A stretch of DNA of 63,078 bases, the filler included, from Dirinaria sp. TL-2023a (lineage: Eukaryota), in the NCBI GenBank assembly GCA_051941275.1. It is 7 parts of 7 records of this genome, joined end to end, with 100 filler letters (N's around TTAATTAATTAA, not from the genome) between each part and the next. Parts side by side here need not be neighbours in the genome. Positions count along the whole stretch, not along the records: positions 9,040 to 17,977 come from JAVEBF010001121.1; positions 18,078 to 27,012 come from JAVEBF010001122.1; 5 more parts are not named here. One strand, written 5' to 3'. Positions 10,904 to 22,827 of this stretch are shown here, piece by piece. Under the pieces are notes generated by a model, which was given only the letters and a program-made list of their open reading frames with translations, did no database searches and was not told the DNA's origin. Within the stretch, counting starts at the first letter, position 1. Every line of letters starts with the position of its first letter. A program made the position numbers and the translations under genes.

Positions 10904-11536
10904 TACCCGCCTTGTATAAATCATTGGGCATGTTTCGAATCTTGTAAGGGAGGATTAGCAAATAGTCACAGCATCAGCGACGGCGTTGGGAGAAATTAGT
11001 CAGCAATGGGATATTGAAGCAAAGGCATCTGACCGTTTGGAGAAGCCCTTGATAGATGAGAGAAATCTCTCGACAGCTTTTTGATCGATGCCGCCAGACC
11101 TGTATGAAACAGCGTGATTTGCCCCAAGCGCAAATAAGGCATGAGCTCGAAATCGTTGGACAAAGCTTTTGTGAAGGGTCAAAAGAAGACATATCTTTCG
11201 ATCTCCATGAACTTTATATTGTTGTTTACAACTAAGGTACTCAGGCTTAAGGTACCTTACCTTACTTTCTGTGTGTGTGTGTGTGTGTGGCCTCCTTACC
11301 CTATATGTGAGGGCTTGGCAGACGACTAGCGTGCTTCCCGATTCGCGTAAATCAGTTTCGCACAGGCATCCAATCGACTTCGCCCGCACTTTCCAAACTT
11401 CAGCCAACAACAACACCGGCATCTTTTGAGAGACAGGATCCTTTCACAGGATCTCGTTTCTCTCCTGTTACATTCCCCTTCAGCAGTGTTGCGATAAAAT
11501 AGGCGGCCTTCGAAGGAAGGCGTAGGTGGGGACGTC

Positions 11537-12928
11537 ATGTCGGACGTGAAATCCAAGGTACGTAGCTTTCTAAACCAGGCCGTGGCGTCGTCAGCCAGCC
11601 ATGGATGTTGTCCGATTAAGCGTTATGGCTAATTCTCTCTGACACAGAATCTCTACGAGCTCCTGGGTAGCCCATAAGCTGAACTCTCACTGCTTGTGTC
11701 GGACTAAGTCAAGGCAGGTAATGACCCCGACGAGGACTCGGACAGAGAACCCTCGCCTCCACCGAAAACGGTCGAGAAACCTACCACGCGTAAGGGCAAG
11801 CGCGACGCTCCGGAGAAGACTGCAACGGAAACTCCCCGTGAACCTAGTGGAGGCGAGCGTGGTGGTCGTGGTGGACGTCGTGGGGGTTTTGCAGGCAGCG
11901 ATGATGGTAAAACTCCCAACAATCATGCCTGTTTAACTACTGGCATTCGCTTTCCACCTCACGTTACAAACTCTGACGCAACCAAACAGCTTTTCGTGAC
12001 CGCGACGCTGGGTCAAGCAATAACCGGGGCAAGCCAGTCGACGATGGGCTACGACAGGACCGCCATGCAGACCGTCTAGGTGGAGGACGCATTCAGGGCA
12101 ACTACGATGGCCGTGGTGGCCGTGGCGGCCGTGGAGGTCGAGGTGGCAGAGGAAACCGTGACGACCGTCACTCTCGTGGGGTTCAGAAGTGAGTAGGCCC
12201 CAGTCATCGCTTAATCACGGTACTAAAATTCTTGAAACAGTGATCATGTGAAGCAATCCGACCAGTCCTGGGGAGCCCCGACTGGAGCCGCAGAATGGAA
12301 TGATGAGAAGGCAGGTGAAGCCATAGCCCAGGCTGAAGAAGCAGGGGGGTGGGATGCCAGCGCGGCCGGTCCAGTTGAACCCACAGATATGGCTGCTGCC
12401 GATACCACAGCCGAAGATGCGAATACTCCGGCTGGCGAACAACAACCGGCAGCGGAGCCGGAAGCAGAAGATAATAGCAAATCCTACGCCGATTATCTTG
12501 CTGAACAGGCTGAGAAGAAGCTTCAACTGAACGCCAAACCATTGGAAGCCAGGAAGGCAAACGAAGGGTCGAAGCTTAAGAAAGAGTGGGACAAGGCCAA
12601 GCCATTGAAGAAGGATGAGGAGAACACCGAATACTTCGCAGGTAAGGAGGAAAAGCCCAAGAGAGAACGAGAACGCAAAGAGAAGACCAGGTTGGATGTT
12701 GATATGCGCTACGTGGAGCCCGCCAGGGGCGAGCGTGGACGTGGAGGCCGTGGAAGAGGTGAAGGGAGAGGTGGATTCCGCGGCGACCGAGGCGGTGGGC
12801 GGGGTGGTGGGTTCCGCGGCCGTGGTGAAGGCGGTGGCTTTCGTGGGGGTCGCGGAGGCCGTGGCGGACAAGACGATTCCGTCAATGTCTCCGATGAGAA
12901 CGCCTTCCCAACTCTGGGCGGATCATAG
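11537..12928 (+). CDS. STM1: Stm1/SERBP1-like ribosome-associated RGG protein, 5 exons
   Basis: MSDVKSK|NLYELL|GND N-terminus, DRHSRG motif, KSYADYLAE, ARKANEG, RGG tracts and terminal NAFPTLG. GT-AG introns. Confidence 0.9.
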
Positions 12929-15179
12929 TCCTCTTTCAGCGCTACGCTTGGGTTTGCCATAGTCCAACTATGAAGGAGGCTCGAAAAATTTTTCACTTCA
13001 GCAAGAAGGGGTTTCGGATCACAAAAAAGCAGCGGCGGAATGACCTTTCATAATCTGTAGATTACATAGCTATCAAGCTTGCTATTGAAATTGAAATTGC
13101 AACCACTCGCGAGTTCTCCTAATGAGAAACTGATGCTGATTCAGATTTCAGTCTACATAGGTACTTCATAGTTCATAAGGTACCGCTTGCCGAGTTCGGT
13201 TCTCGGAATCTTCGGATTAAAAAACCCTATGCTAGCCCTTGATCTTCATGGTCCAACACCGCGGTAGCCCAGATTGGCAGGTACGAGTACACACTTGAGA
13301 CACCGTGTACGTTTGTTACGTCTGCGTCGATACCCAGATTGCAAAGTCTATGCGAGATACTGAAACCCTTTATCAGATCTACTTACCTACTAGTCGCATT
13401 GTTGCTATCTAAAACGCCTTGCCGAGGATGTTATAATACTATACGATGGACTTGTGCCGAGGACTGACGACTAATGACACAAATTCCACGACAATTTCTC
13501 CTGCGATGTTGACTAATTATTTGCTCCAATGAATTTTGCTACTGTGTATAGGAGTAGGCAGTGTCAGCGAGCGAGCGTTTGACACAAGTTCGGCATCTTG
13601 AGAAATAGCGATAGCTCTCTTGAGTTTTTGAGGTTGGATCTTCAGCAGCTTCGCGACAGTGCTAGTCTACTTATCTTGCTGTCTTGAATCGCTGCGAATC
13701 GATACCTCGTTATTCATCGGCTGTTTTAGAGTCATGTGACGGGGAAGGTGTGCTAAGCTGCGTTTCTGCGCTTTAATAATGGTGGGTTTGGTGGATGCTC
13801 GCTTGATGGGTTGAGGTATTATTGCTCTGCGTTTGGATTCTTAGGGACTTGCGAGCCATTTCTGGATTTCAGAAATGGCATTCCTGGCGCTACGTGCTTC
13901 AATAGAGCGACGGACTGGAGCTACTGTTGTACATGGAGTTTAGGATCTATTTGAGGCTCTACAGAAGGCATATCCTACTGTTTTGAGATGTACCAGCGCA
14001 TGCTCAGAGTTCGCTGCCATAACTATGGTCAATCCATATGGAGCAGGGCGTGGCGCGATACGGAGCGTGACGAAACGCTCGCGCAGTTTCTGACACAGAC
14101 AGAGAACCAATAAGTCACGTGTGGTGGCAAGCTGGAAGCACGTATTCAGAGCCATACTGCATCTACTTTTGGAAAAACCTCTTTGGCCAAGCATAGCACG
14201 ATGTCTACTGCAACCGGCTGTCCCGGATTCATGGTTATTTACTCAGAAAAGGGCGGCATTGACTGTCCTACAGCTTTTCCTTAGCCAATCTTCCGATCGA
14301 ACCATGATAGATTGGTAGATTGTAGGTGTTGCTCGTCCTCCATCTGGGATATCTAACGAATAGACTTTGGCCATCTATTCCGGAGCCAAACCAGCATCTG
14401 GCAGCAAAGAGCCCTTTGTTTGCCACCTCTAGAACCATGAACACTTTACCGATGGACTAGTATCTAATGTTATCTCGCCATGATAACGAAAGACTCGGAA
14501 GTGCAGTTTTCAACGTGTGGCACTACACGCACCGAGTATTAGCAAATGCCACATAGCCTACGGCAATGTCTCAGGAGCCTTAGTACAGCACGATCCAAGA
14601 TGATACAGAGGTGAACAGACAAGAGGGCCATGTAAAGGTAGAATATGAGTATACGAAGGCGTGAATTACCACTTCATTGTCCTGAGTGATATGCCAATCC
14701 GACCAGAAACGAACCTTGCTGGCAAGTTTTCCAACTCTATATTAGATACGAAGAACTAAAACACTGACATCCGGAGGTTTACAGAATGCCGGACTGCAGC
14801 TGTGGTTATATTTTATGCTGCCTTTGCAGATGAAAGAAGCATTATTGGAACAGTCCTGCCATGTGATTAAGCGAGTAGTAACCGGTTATCAAGGACTTCG
14901 ACCTAAGAAATTCATAGGTGTAGTGTCTGCGCTAAAACAATAGAAAAGCGCTACGAACAATGGCAAAGTAAGGCCATCACTCTGCTAAGATGCTGCTATT
15001 CATCACCTAAGTTATCATCAATATTTCACAATCTCAATCTCAATCTCTTCACTTGCTGTTTCCTTGAAGGCATGTATAAATCTCTGTTACCTGTCAATTC
15101 CACATCCCATCAAACCTGAGCCATCATCCTGCAGCAGAAGTATCAAACCCACCCAAACCTGCGACTCAACAGCTCCTAC

Positions 15180-17756
15180 ATGCTCACACTTTCCCCTTTC
15201 CTGACCTCAGCACATATTCCTATCCCAGCAAAGCCTGTCCAGCTTCTCCCCTCGAGAGCTCATTCCCCTCATCCGCTCACTGAACCCCAGATTCACACTT
15301 TGTGGCTGCACGCCCTCTCCCTTTACAGTCCGCTGGCGCTCTCATTCAGTCATACTGCGACGGCACATAGGCACCTTCTCAAGCATTTGCTCCGATCCCC
15401 AGAACCACCATCAGGTCCTGAGGAGCAACCTCTGCCTTTGACCTCGATAAGTGCAGCCACGACGAATCTCGAAGCTGAAGCTGAGCTCACCACCGAGGAT
15501 CTCAAAGCAGAAGAACACGCTCCGCACGCTTTCTTCCTCTTCCTGAACCTGGGACTGCTCACCGCCTTTCAGGGAGAGTATTATTTGGCTTCTCGACGTT
15601 TCCGGACTGCGCTGTCGATCGACGACCGTTCTTCGCCGGGCAATACAGCTGCCGGACTTTATCTATTGGGTCTCGCCTCCTTCCAACTGCGCCAGTATCT
15701 CAAAGCTGCGAAGCTGTGGAGGCAGTGTCTTACCTGCTTTCGACGATTCGCCTCCATGGAAAAAGGAGACGGTAGACTGGAGCTGGAGATGGCTGCTCCG
15801 TGGGTGACTAAGCTGCACGAGGCCGAAAAGACTAAACAAGGAAGCGAGGAGGTAAGCGACGGCAAGAAAGACAACATGAGCAAAGAGCCAGAGATGTGGA
15901 CCGGATTCAAGCATAAGATCTACAACACTGCCAATGTTCAGAGCACCGACAATAGAACTTGGGAACAGTGGGACTTGAAACGACGAGATGTAGAGGCAAA
16001 TCTACAGGCTGCTATCGACAACTCACCTAATTCGACGAATCCGCAACGAGGAGAAGCGAAGCCCCACACTGCAGATGTGCGTGGAATGCCAGGAGCTTCA
16101 CTCTTCTGGCCTATTGAAGAAACAGTAGGAAAGCCGCCAAAGAAGGAGTTAGTCAGTAAGAAAGTTAAGCAAGTCTCGTTGCCTCTGAGGCAAAAAAAGC
16201 CCGTGGGCTTGGGCGTCGAGCTGTCATCTGGAGCATCCACAATTGCCCACGCTGTAGAGAATCCAGCGAGGCACCGCCAGGAGTCGTCTGTCTCATCTCG
16301 GCCGCACCCACTCGAACCACAGCGACCAGATCTGAAGCTGCAGTATCAGCCCGCTCTGTCATCACCGTTGGCATCCTCTCCGGTCCTCGCGGCCCCTAAA
16401 GAAGCTGAAGACGATGGAGATCTCGTCTCTGAAGCTTCCGGAGCGGAATCACCGGTCTTTGCCTGCTTTCCTCCACGTGCTACCCGTCATACCGGCGCAG
16501 GTCCTAATGAAACGAGCGGCACAGGGCCAGACTCGCCTAAGAAGCCAACGTTCATAGTTTCTTACATAGAAGAAGCTCAAGCGGCTCGCACTGCTCAGCG
16601 GCCACAAGTTGAGGGAAGAGTTTATAGCAGGCCCAGTGATCTACGCTTCAGGAATGAAACATACACACCATCTTCTTATACCAATTCTCCACCGACGACC
16701 CAGGGTTCTACCTTCCTCGGCTACTATGGTGTCCCATCCAATGCTGGACCACGCGGCCAAGAGACAGAGAAAATCCGACAGACCCAGCCTCTCACTCTCT
16801 ACCCGGATGAGCACTCTTCCCACTCTCGCACTGAGTCAAAGCTTCTCAAAGCCAAACACCACGATTCTTGGCTTTCTCTCAACGGTCTTAAGCAGGACCA
16901 TGTTATTGACGGCGAGCTGGCAGAGAGATCTTCTGTGCACCCCACCAAATCATCAGACGTCCGCGCTGATCCGGTACGTGAAGGTGCTGAGCCAGAATCA
17001 CCTCGACCGCGTCCTACCAAGCAGAAGGAAGCCATTCAGCACACACATGGCAATGAAAACCTTCCACCTTCTAAGCAGCTCAACCAGCTTCAAACCCCTA
17101 GCCTGGCCACCGGGAAATCCCCAGGCTCTGAAATCCTATCCCTCTACAACCAACTCTCACCCAATTCGCTCTTCAACCTAACACCAGAGACCGCCAGGAC
17201 CGATTACACAGAAGATCAAGAAAGCGAACTCATGACCCCCCCAACCCCACACTTCAACACTCCTGTCACCCCTGAATTCCCAGCCAACAAACCCTCCTCA
17301 CCTACAATTCCTACTCATGCCACCAAAACCCGAGCACAGAAGAAGAAGCTGACCTTCGCCACCAAACCCCTCAACGCCGCTGCTCCGTCCACTCTGTCTC
17401 CAACCACGGCCAAAATGACCCTGAGCGAGAAAATCAAGCACGGCATTGAAACGGCCCATTTCGGGCTCGATGCAGGGGAAGGATTGAGGTTGGAACACGC
17501 GATGGAGATCCGCGAGCGGATCGCTATTGAGAAAGAGTATCAAGAATGGATGGCGCGGGAGCGGGAGCAGGAAGGGAAGACTGAGCTAGGAGGGGGCGAG
17601 ATGCTCCCTGCGAAGAAGTTTGAGGGGTTTCAGAAATCTGACGACGAAGAAGAAGAAGAAGAAGAAGAAGAAGAAGAAGAGGTGTTGCAGCCGAGGGTGT
17701 TTGAGGGCGGGAAGAAGAAGCAGGGGGTGCTGAAGGTCAAGGGAGACGAAGTTTGA
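15180..17756 (+). CDS. Hypothetical protein with NoxR/p67phox-like TPR N-terminal region and long low-complexity tail
   Basis: 858-aa intronless ORF. TPR-like helices FLNLGLL.AFQGEY..A...F..AL.ID and AAGLYLLGLA.FQL. Family assignment is by eye. Confidence 0.7.
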   Translation: MLTLSPFLTSAHIPIPAKPVQLLPSRAHSPHPLTEPQIHTLWLHALSLYSPLALSFSHTATAHRHLLKHLLRSPEPPSGPEEQPLPLTSISAATTNLEAEAELTTEDLKAEEHAPHAFFLFLNLGLLTAFQGEYYLASRRFRTALSIDDRSSPGNTAAGLYLLGLASFQLRQYLKAAKLWRQCLTCFRRFASMEKGDGRLELEMAAPWVTKLHEAEKTKQGSEEVSDGKKDNMSKEPEMWTGFKHKIYNTANVQSTDNRTWEQWDLKRRDVEANLQAAIDNSPNSTNPQRGEAKPHTADVRGMPGASLFWPIEETVGKPPKKELVSKKVKQVSLPLRQKKPVGLGVELSSGASTIAHAVENPARHRQESSVSSRPHPLEPQRPDLKLQYQPALSSPLASSPVLAAPKEAEDDGDLVSEASGAESPVFACFPPRATRHTGAGPNETSGTGPDSPKKPTFIVSYIEEAQAARTAQRPQVEGRVYSRPSDLRFRNETYTPSSYTNSPPTTQGSTFLGYYGVPSNAGPRGQETEKIRQTQPLTLYPDEHSSHSRTESKLLKAKHHDSWLSLNGLKQDHVIDGELAERSSVHPTKSSDVRADPVREGAEPESPRPRPTKQKEAIQHTHGNENLPPSKQLNQLQTPSLATGKSPGSEILSLYNQLSPNSLFNLTPETARTDYTEDQESELMTPPTPHFNTPVTPEFPANKPSSPTIPTHATKTRAQKKKLTFATKPLNAAAPSTLSPTTAKMTLSEKIKHGIETAHFGLDAGEGLRLEHAMEIRERIAIEKEYQEWMAREREQEGKTELGGGEMLPAKKFEGFQKSDDEEEEEEEEEEEEVLQPRVFEGGKKKQGVLKVKGDEV
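17646..17680 (+). repeat. (GAA)n coding microsatellite (poly-Glu)
   Basis: Visible gaa tandem array. Confidence 0.9.
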
Positions 17757-17917
17757 GCAGAAGGTACGATCTTACCACTATCTAACCAAGGTAGCTAGCT
17801 CATAGCTAAAGCGAGGAAAGAGCATCAGCATGGCAGAATCCACAATTCTCTGTACAATAATGTAAGCTTAACACCCTGATCGATAGGGAGCAAATCTGCA
17901 TACATACATATGCCAGC

Positions 17918-17940
17918 TAGATAGATAGATAGATAGATAG
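17918..17940 (+). repeat. (TAGA)n microsatellite near contig end
   Basis: tagatagatagatagatagatag. Confidence 0.9.
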
Positions 17941-17977
17941 CTTACCTTGGCTTACCTACTTAGCATGGAACCTTCCA

Positions 17978-18077
17978 NNNNNNNNNNNNNNNNNNNNNNN
18001 NNNNNNNNNNNNNNNNNNNNNTTAATTAATTAANNNNNNNNNNNNNNNNNNNNNNNNNNNNNNNNNNNNNNNNNNNN
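17978..18077. other. Artificial contig linker
   Basis: N44-TTAATTAATTAA-N44. Confidence 0.99.
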
Positions 18078-21000
18078 GCCCTACATCCCCCCACTCCCCC
18101 CTTCCGCTTCCAACGGGAATCCAACTCGCCACACCGGCCAGCACCGTGCGTTCCGGGTGAGGCATCAGCGCCAGGACCCTGCCGTCGGGACTCCTGACGC
18201 CTGCGATGCCAAGGGGACTCCCGTTCGGGTTCGCGGGGTAAGTCTCCGTCGGGTGCAAGGTCTTGGTGTCGACGTATTGCAAGGCGACGAGACCGTCGTC
18301 TAGCAGTTTTTGGGCCGCGAAACGCTGCGATGCCGGGTCTTTGGGGATGGAGGGGAAATAGGCACGGCCTTCGCCGTGGGCGACGGGGATAGGGAGGGAG
18401 CTGCCGCTCATGGTGTGGTAGAAGGCTGAAGGAGGTTGGCTTTTGGAAGGGATGGGAGGGATGGCGACCATAGCGACGCGGGCTTCGTACTGTTCGCTGC
18501 TGTTGCGGATGAAAGTCGGCCAGGCGGCTGTCCCTGGTATGATTTCTTTCAACCGAGACAGGAACTGGCATCCGTTGCAGACGCCGAGCGTGAAGGTGTC
18601 TTTGCGCTCGAAAAACGACCGGAACTGTGCCCGCACGCCGGGGTGCAGGAGCACGGATTTCGCCCACCCTTGGCCTGCGCCGAGCACGTCCCCGTACGAG
18701 AAGCCACCGCAGGCGGCGAGGCCGCGGAACGTGGACAGCGAAACCCGTCCCGAGATTAGGTCCGTCATGTGGACGTCTATGGCGCTGAAGCCGGCGGTCA
18801 TGAATGCAAAGGCCATTTCCGAGTGCCCGTTGACGCCTTGTTCGCGGAGGATGGCGACGCGGGGTTTGGATGTTAGGGAGAGGCGGGTGGTGAGGGACGA
18901 GGCGAATGGAAGGATGTCTTCCCGCGGGTTGAAGGTGAGGTTGTAGGAGAGGCCCGGGTCTGTGGAGTCGAGGATGGAAGCAAATTCAGAGTCTGCGCAG
19001 GAGGGGTTGTCTCGCAGGCGCTGCATGTGATAGGAGATGCTGGCCCATCGCTGTTGGAGCTGCGCACGAGGAGCTCGGTAGACCAGTGTCGCACCGTGGT
19101 ATAGCGTAAGGTCTTGCTTGGGTGTTGGGGATATAGTTCCGATTTTCTTGATCAAGAAATCCGGAGGCCCGCAGGTTGCGAAACAGCGGTTGAAATTGAT
19201 TACGTCCGATTTGCGGACTTGGAAGACGGCGCCGAGTTCCTCGTTGAAAAGTGTCCCGATGATGTCTGGGGTCCTGGATGAAGCACATATCGTGTCAAGC
19301 ATGATACTGATACCGCAGCGGCCAGCGAACATCATTTCCACAAGTGTAGTGAAAAGGCCGCCGTCGGAACGATCATGGTATGCAAGTACGATGCCGGAAT
19401 CATGCAGTTGCTCCAAGGCATCGTAATAGTCTTTCAATAATTGGATGTCACGGACATCTGGGGCTGTGTCACCGACTTGACCGAAGACCTGCGCAAGAGC
19501 AGACCCTCCTAGTGCTTTCCTCCCAGCTGCAAGGTCGACGAAGAGCAAAACCGATTCTTGGCCTCCATCGTCTTCTCTCCGGCGGAGCGCAGGGGTCCAG
19601 GTCTTCTCGATGTCTGCTACAGGTGCAAAGGCAGAGATGATCACTGATAGCGGCGACGTGACCTCTTTCACCTCCTTCGAGCTCTCATCGGTCCATTTCA
19701 TCTTCATTGACATGGAGTCCTTGCCGACTGGGATACTGATGCCCAACTCAGGACAAAGATCCATTCCAATAGCCTCAACCGCCTCATAGAGAGCGGCACC
19801 TTCCCCAGGATGACTACTAGCAGCCATCCAGTTCGCAGAAAGCCGGATCTTATCCAATCTCTGCACCACGTCTGCAGCGCCGAGATTCATCAACGCCTCA
19901 GCAACGGCCATGCGAGCGGAAGCTGCTGGCGAGATAAGGGCTAGAGTCGGCTTTTCTCCCATCGCCATGGCTTCTCCAGTCTTGATCCCAAGGGTGAGCG
20001 ATGTAGCAGTGACTGACACGTCAGCCACTGGTGTTTGCCACGGACCAACCATCTGATCTCTCGCTGTCAGACCGCCCACCGTTCGATCACCAATTGTGAT
20101 CAGGAAAGACTTTGAGCCAACAGCTGGTAGAGCTAGTACTCTGTCAACTGCTTCGGCGAGGAGTCCACTCGACGCTTCGGGTAAGTATGTCAAAAGGCTA
20201 TGGTCAAACGCTGGCAAAAGCGGCCTTTTCGAGTCAACTACTCTCGATACTTTTGGTGGTTTCCCAAAAAGCACTGACATTGGGAGATCGACTGGTGTTG
20301 GGTGCTCTTGTGATTCCCGGTCCATAAGTACTAGTCTCTTCTCACCCTTCACAGGACCCTCGGCTTTTCCTACCACAGAATAACCGCATCGCTCCCGGTC
20401 CGCGATTTTCTTGAATATGTTCAATCCATCTTGAGCGACAGCAATTACATACCTTTCCTGCGCTTCACAGCACCAGATCTGCAGTGGACTCATGCCTCGA
20501 TCGGCATTATCAATCTCGCGCAGTTCAAAATTAGCACCTAAACCGGCGTCATGCACTAATTCTGGCAAAGCATTCGACAGGCCCCCAGCGCCGACATCGT
20601 GGATGAATTTGATTGGATTATTCTGACCCATGGATACACATGCATTGATGACCTCTTGAGCTCTTCTCTGGACTTCGGCATTGCCTCTCTGAACGCTCGC
20701 GAAATCGAGATCTTTTGATCCCTCGGCAGAAGTCACGCTTGAAGCTGCTCCTCCTCCCAGACCGATAAGCATGGCTGGCCCACCAAGCACGATGAGATGT
20801 GCGCCAGATTGAACGATATCTGGATTCTTTAGCGCATGTTGTGGCCTCACTGTACCAATACCTCCAGCGATCATTATTGGCTTGTGATAGCCTCTAAGGT
20901 TTGATTTGCCATCCTCGGCAGGTACTTTGCTGAGGAATGTTCGAAAATATCCTGTAGTACATGGTCTGCCAAATTCGTTATTGAAGGCTGCACTTCCGAT

Positions 21001-22158
21001 TGGAGCTTCAAGCATGATATCAAGGCTACTCGCAATATGTGGTGGCTTTCCCTCATCCAACTCCCAAGGTTGGCGGAAGTCTGGTATCAACAAATTCGAA
21101 ACAGTGAAGCCACAAAGCCCTGATTTGGGCCTTGACCCTCGCCCTACAGCACCTTCATCCCGAATCTCACCTCCCGAGCCGGTAGCCGCTCCTGGAAATG
21201 GAGAAACAGCTGTAGGGTGGTTGTGTGTTTCGACTTTCGCGAGGTAGTGCACCATTTCCTTGGCTTGAGCCCACTCACCTGTAGACATCGATGGGGAAAG
21301 AAAAGTACCACTATGACCTTCCATGACAGCCGCATTGTCGCTGTAGGCGCTGATAACATGCTTTGGGTTCCTCTCATGGGTGTTCCTGATCATGCTGAAC
21401 AGGCTTCGTGGCTTTTGCACCCCATCAATTGTCCAAGACGCGTTGAACTGTTTATGCCGGCAATGCTCCGAATTGACCTGAGCGAACATGAAAAGCTCAA
21501 CATCAGTGGGAGATCTCGCTATTGCGCCGTTCGACGCGTAAGCGTCTAGAAGGTAGTCTATCTCTGAAGCATCTAAAGCTAGGCCAAGCGACTTGTTGGC
21601 GCTTTCCAGAGCATCTCTGTTACTTTGTCGGCTGTCCCCAAAATCGATAATACCCAAAGGTGCAGGCGAATACTCTGCAAACATAAGTGTCAAATCTGGT
21701 ACATGTGTACTGATCGTATCGGTCATTGGATCGTGAAGCATATCGACGACATCAGGAGATTCTCCATGCTTCAGTCCGGTAATAGTAATGATCGTGCCGC
21801 GTTCTATCCGCCTAATGACATTCTGGAATCCGCAGACCCAAGCGATGTTCGTAGCCTTGGAGCTCCACGGAGAAATCGTTCCCGCCCTAGGCGAGACAAA
21901 GAAAGTAGTTCTATTTTCATCTTCAAGCTCTCGTATATCTTCATATTCTGCGCCATACGCGAGTAGCTGTGTCAAGACCTCTCTGCTTTCATCCTGTAGC
22001 GTCTCTTGACCGTCGCTGGAAAACGCGACATAGTGGACATAGTGGACATACTGAGCGCGAACTTCAGAAGCACCGAGTCTTTGAGCTAAAGTTTGCCGTC
22101 TGAATTCGGACAATGCTGAACATCCTAAGCACGTCAAGAACCCTTCCATGTTCTTCAT
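18078..22158 (-). CDS. ADE6: Phosphoribosylformylglycinamidine synthase (large PurL type), 3' end cut by contig edge
   Basis: MFAQVNSEHCRHK, KVETHNHPT...PFPGAATG.GGEIRDE, IHDVGAGG, GGFSYGDVL, GVCNGCQ and MPHPER motifs. Start ATG at 22158 or 22149. Confidence 0.97.
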
Positions 22159-22827
22159 GACGGCCGGCAGCACCGGGGCAGCATAGAATAATAAGTCAAT
22201 TCTATGGTGTCATCCTTAGATTCGACGCGCATCTTGCCGAGTCCATTTCGGGGTTTCCACAACAGCAGTGCACTAGTGTGACCACTACGAAGTATATATT
22301 TCTACATAATCGGTGGTGAGGGAGCATTTGAAGCTCTTGGCGAATGACAAAGATGACGATGCCGTAATATTACCGTTTCAAGCCTTACCTGACCAATCGG
22401 GTCTTGCCGTCTTGGTGTTATTAGCAAGTAGGACCAGCTACCTTATCCAGAATGAGGAACGTGAACTTTTCACTTTTTAACGGAAGGGAAGCTTGCTTCG
22501 TATTGGGATCGCATATATGGCTGGAGTCAATGCGGTGAGTGGACGAGAGGCAGGAAAGGAAGGCAGAGCGCGGGAGGACGTCCGTGGTTACAGATTATTA
22601 AATAAAATTTTCAAGATATCGTAGTGGGGTTTTGGGTTCCAGCGATGGATGAAAGGGAGGAAGATAGATGAATAGACCACGCGATAGGTAATCCACAGCC
22701 ATGTCTTCTTGTGCACAGCAATTTGTAGGAGAGAGCTATGTTTGGATGGCTGCAATACGTATCCGATGCTACTACCGACTTGCTAAAACCCGTCCTACCT
22801 TGCTCATTTTCGTCCTTCAAAGGCCGT

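Noticed and set aside
12215..12871. Long antisense or alternate-frame ORFs over STM1, ADE6, RSC1, OTU1 and others
   Set aside because: Shadows of GC-rich or low-complexity coding sequence.
13000..15100. 2-kb gene-free stretch checked for RNA genes or a hidden gene
   Set aside because: No tRNA, snoRNA or coherent exon chain recognised by eye.
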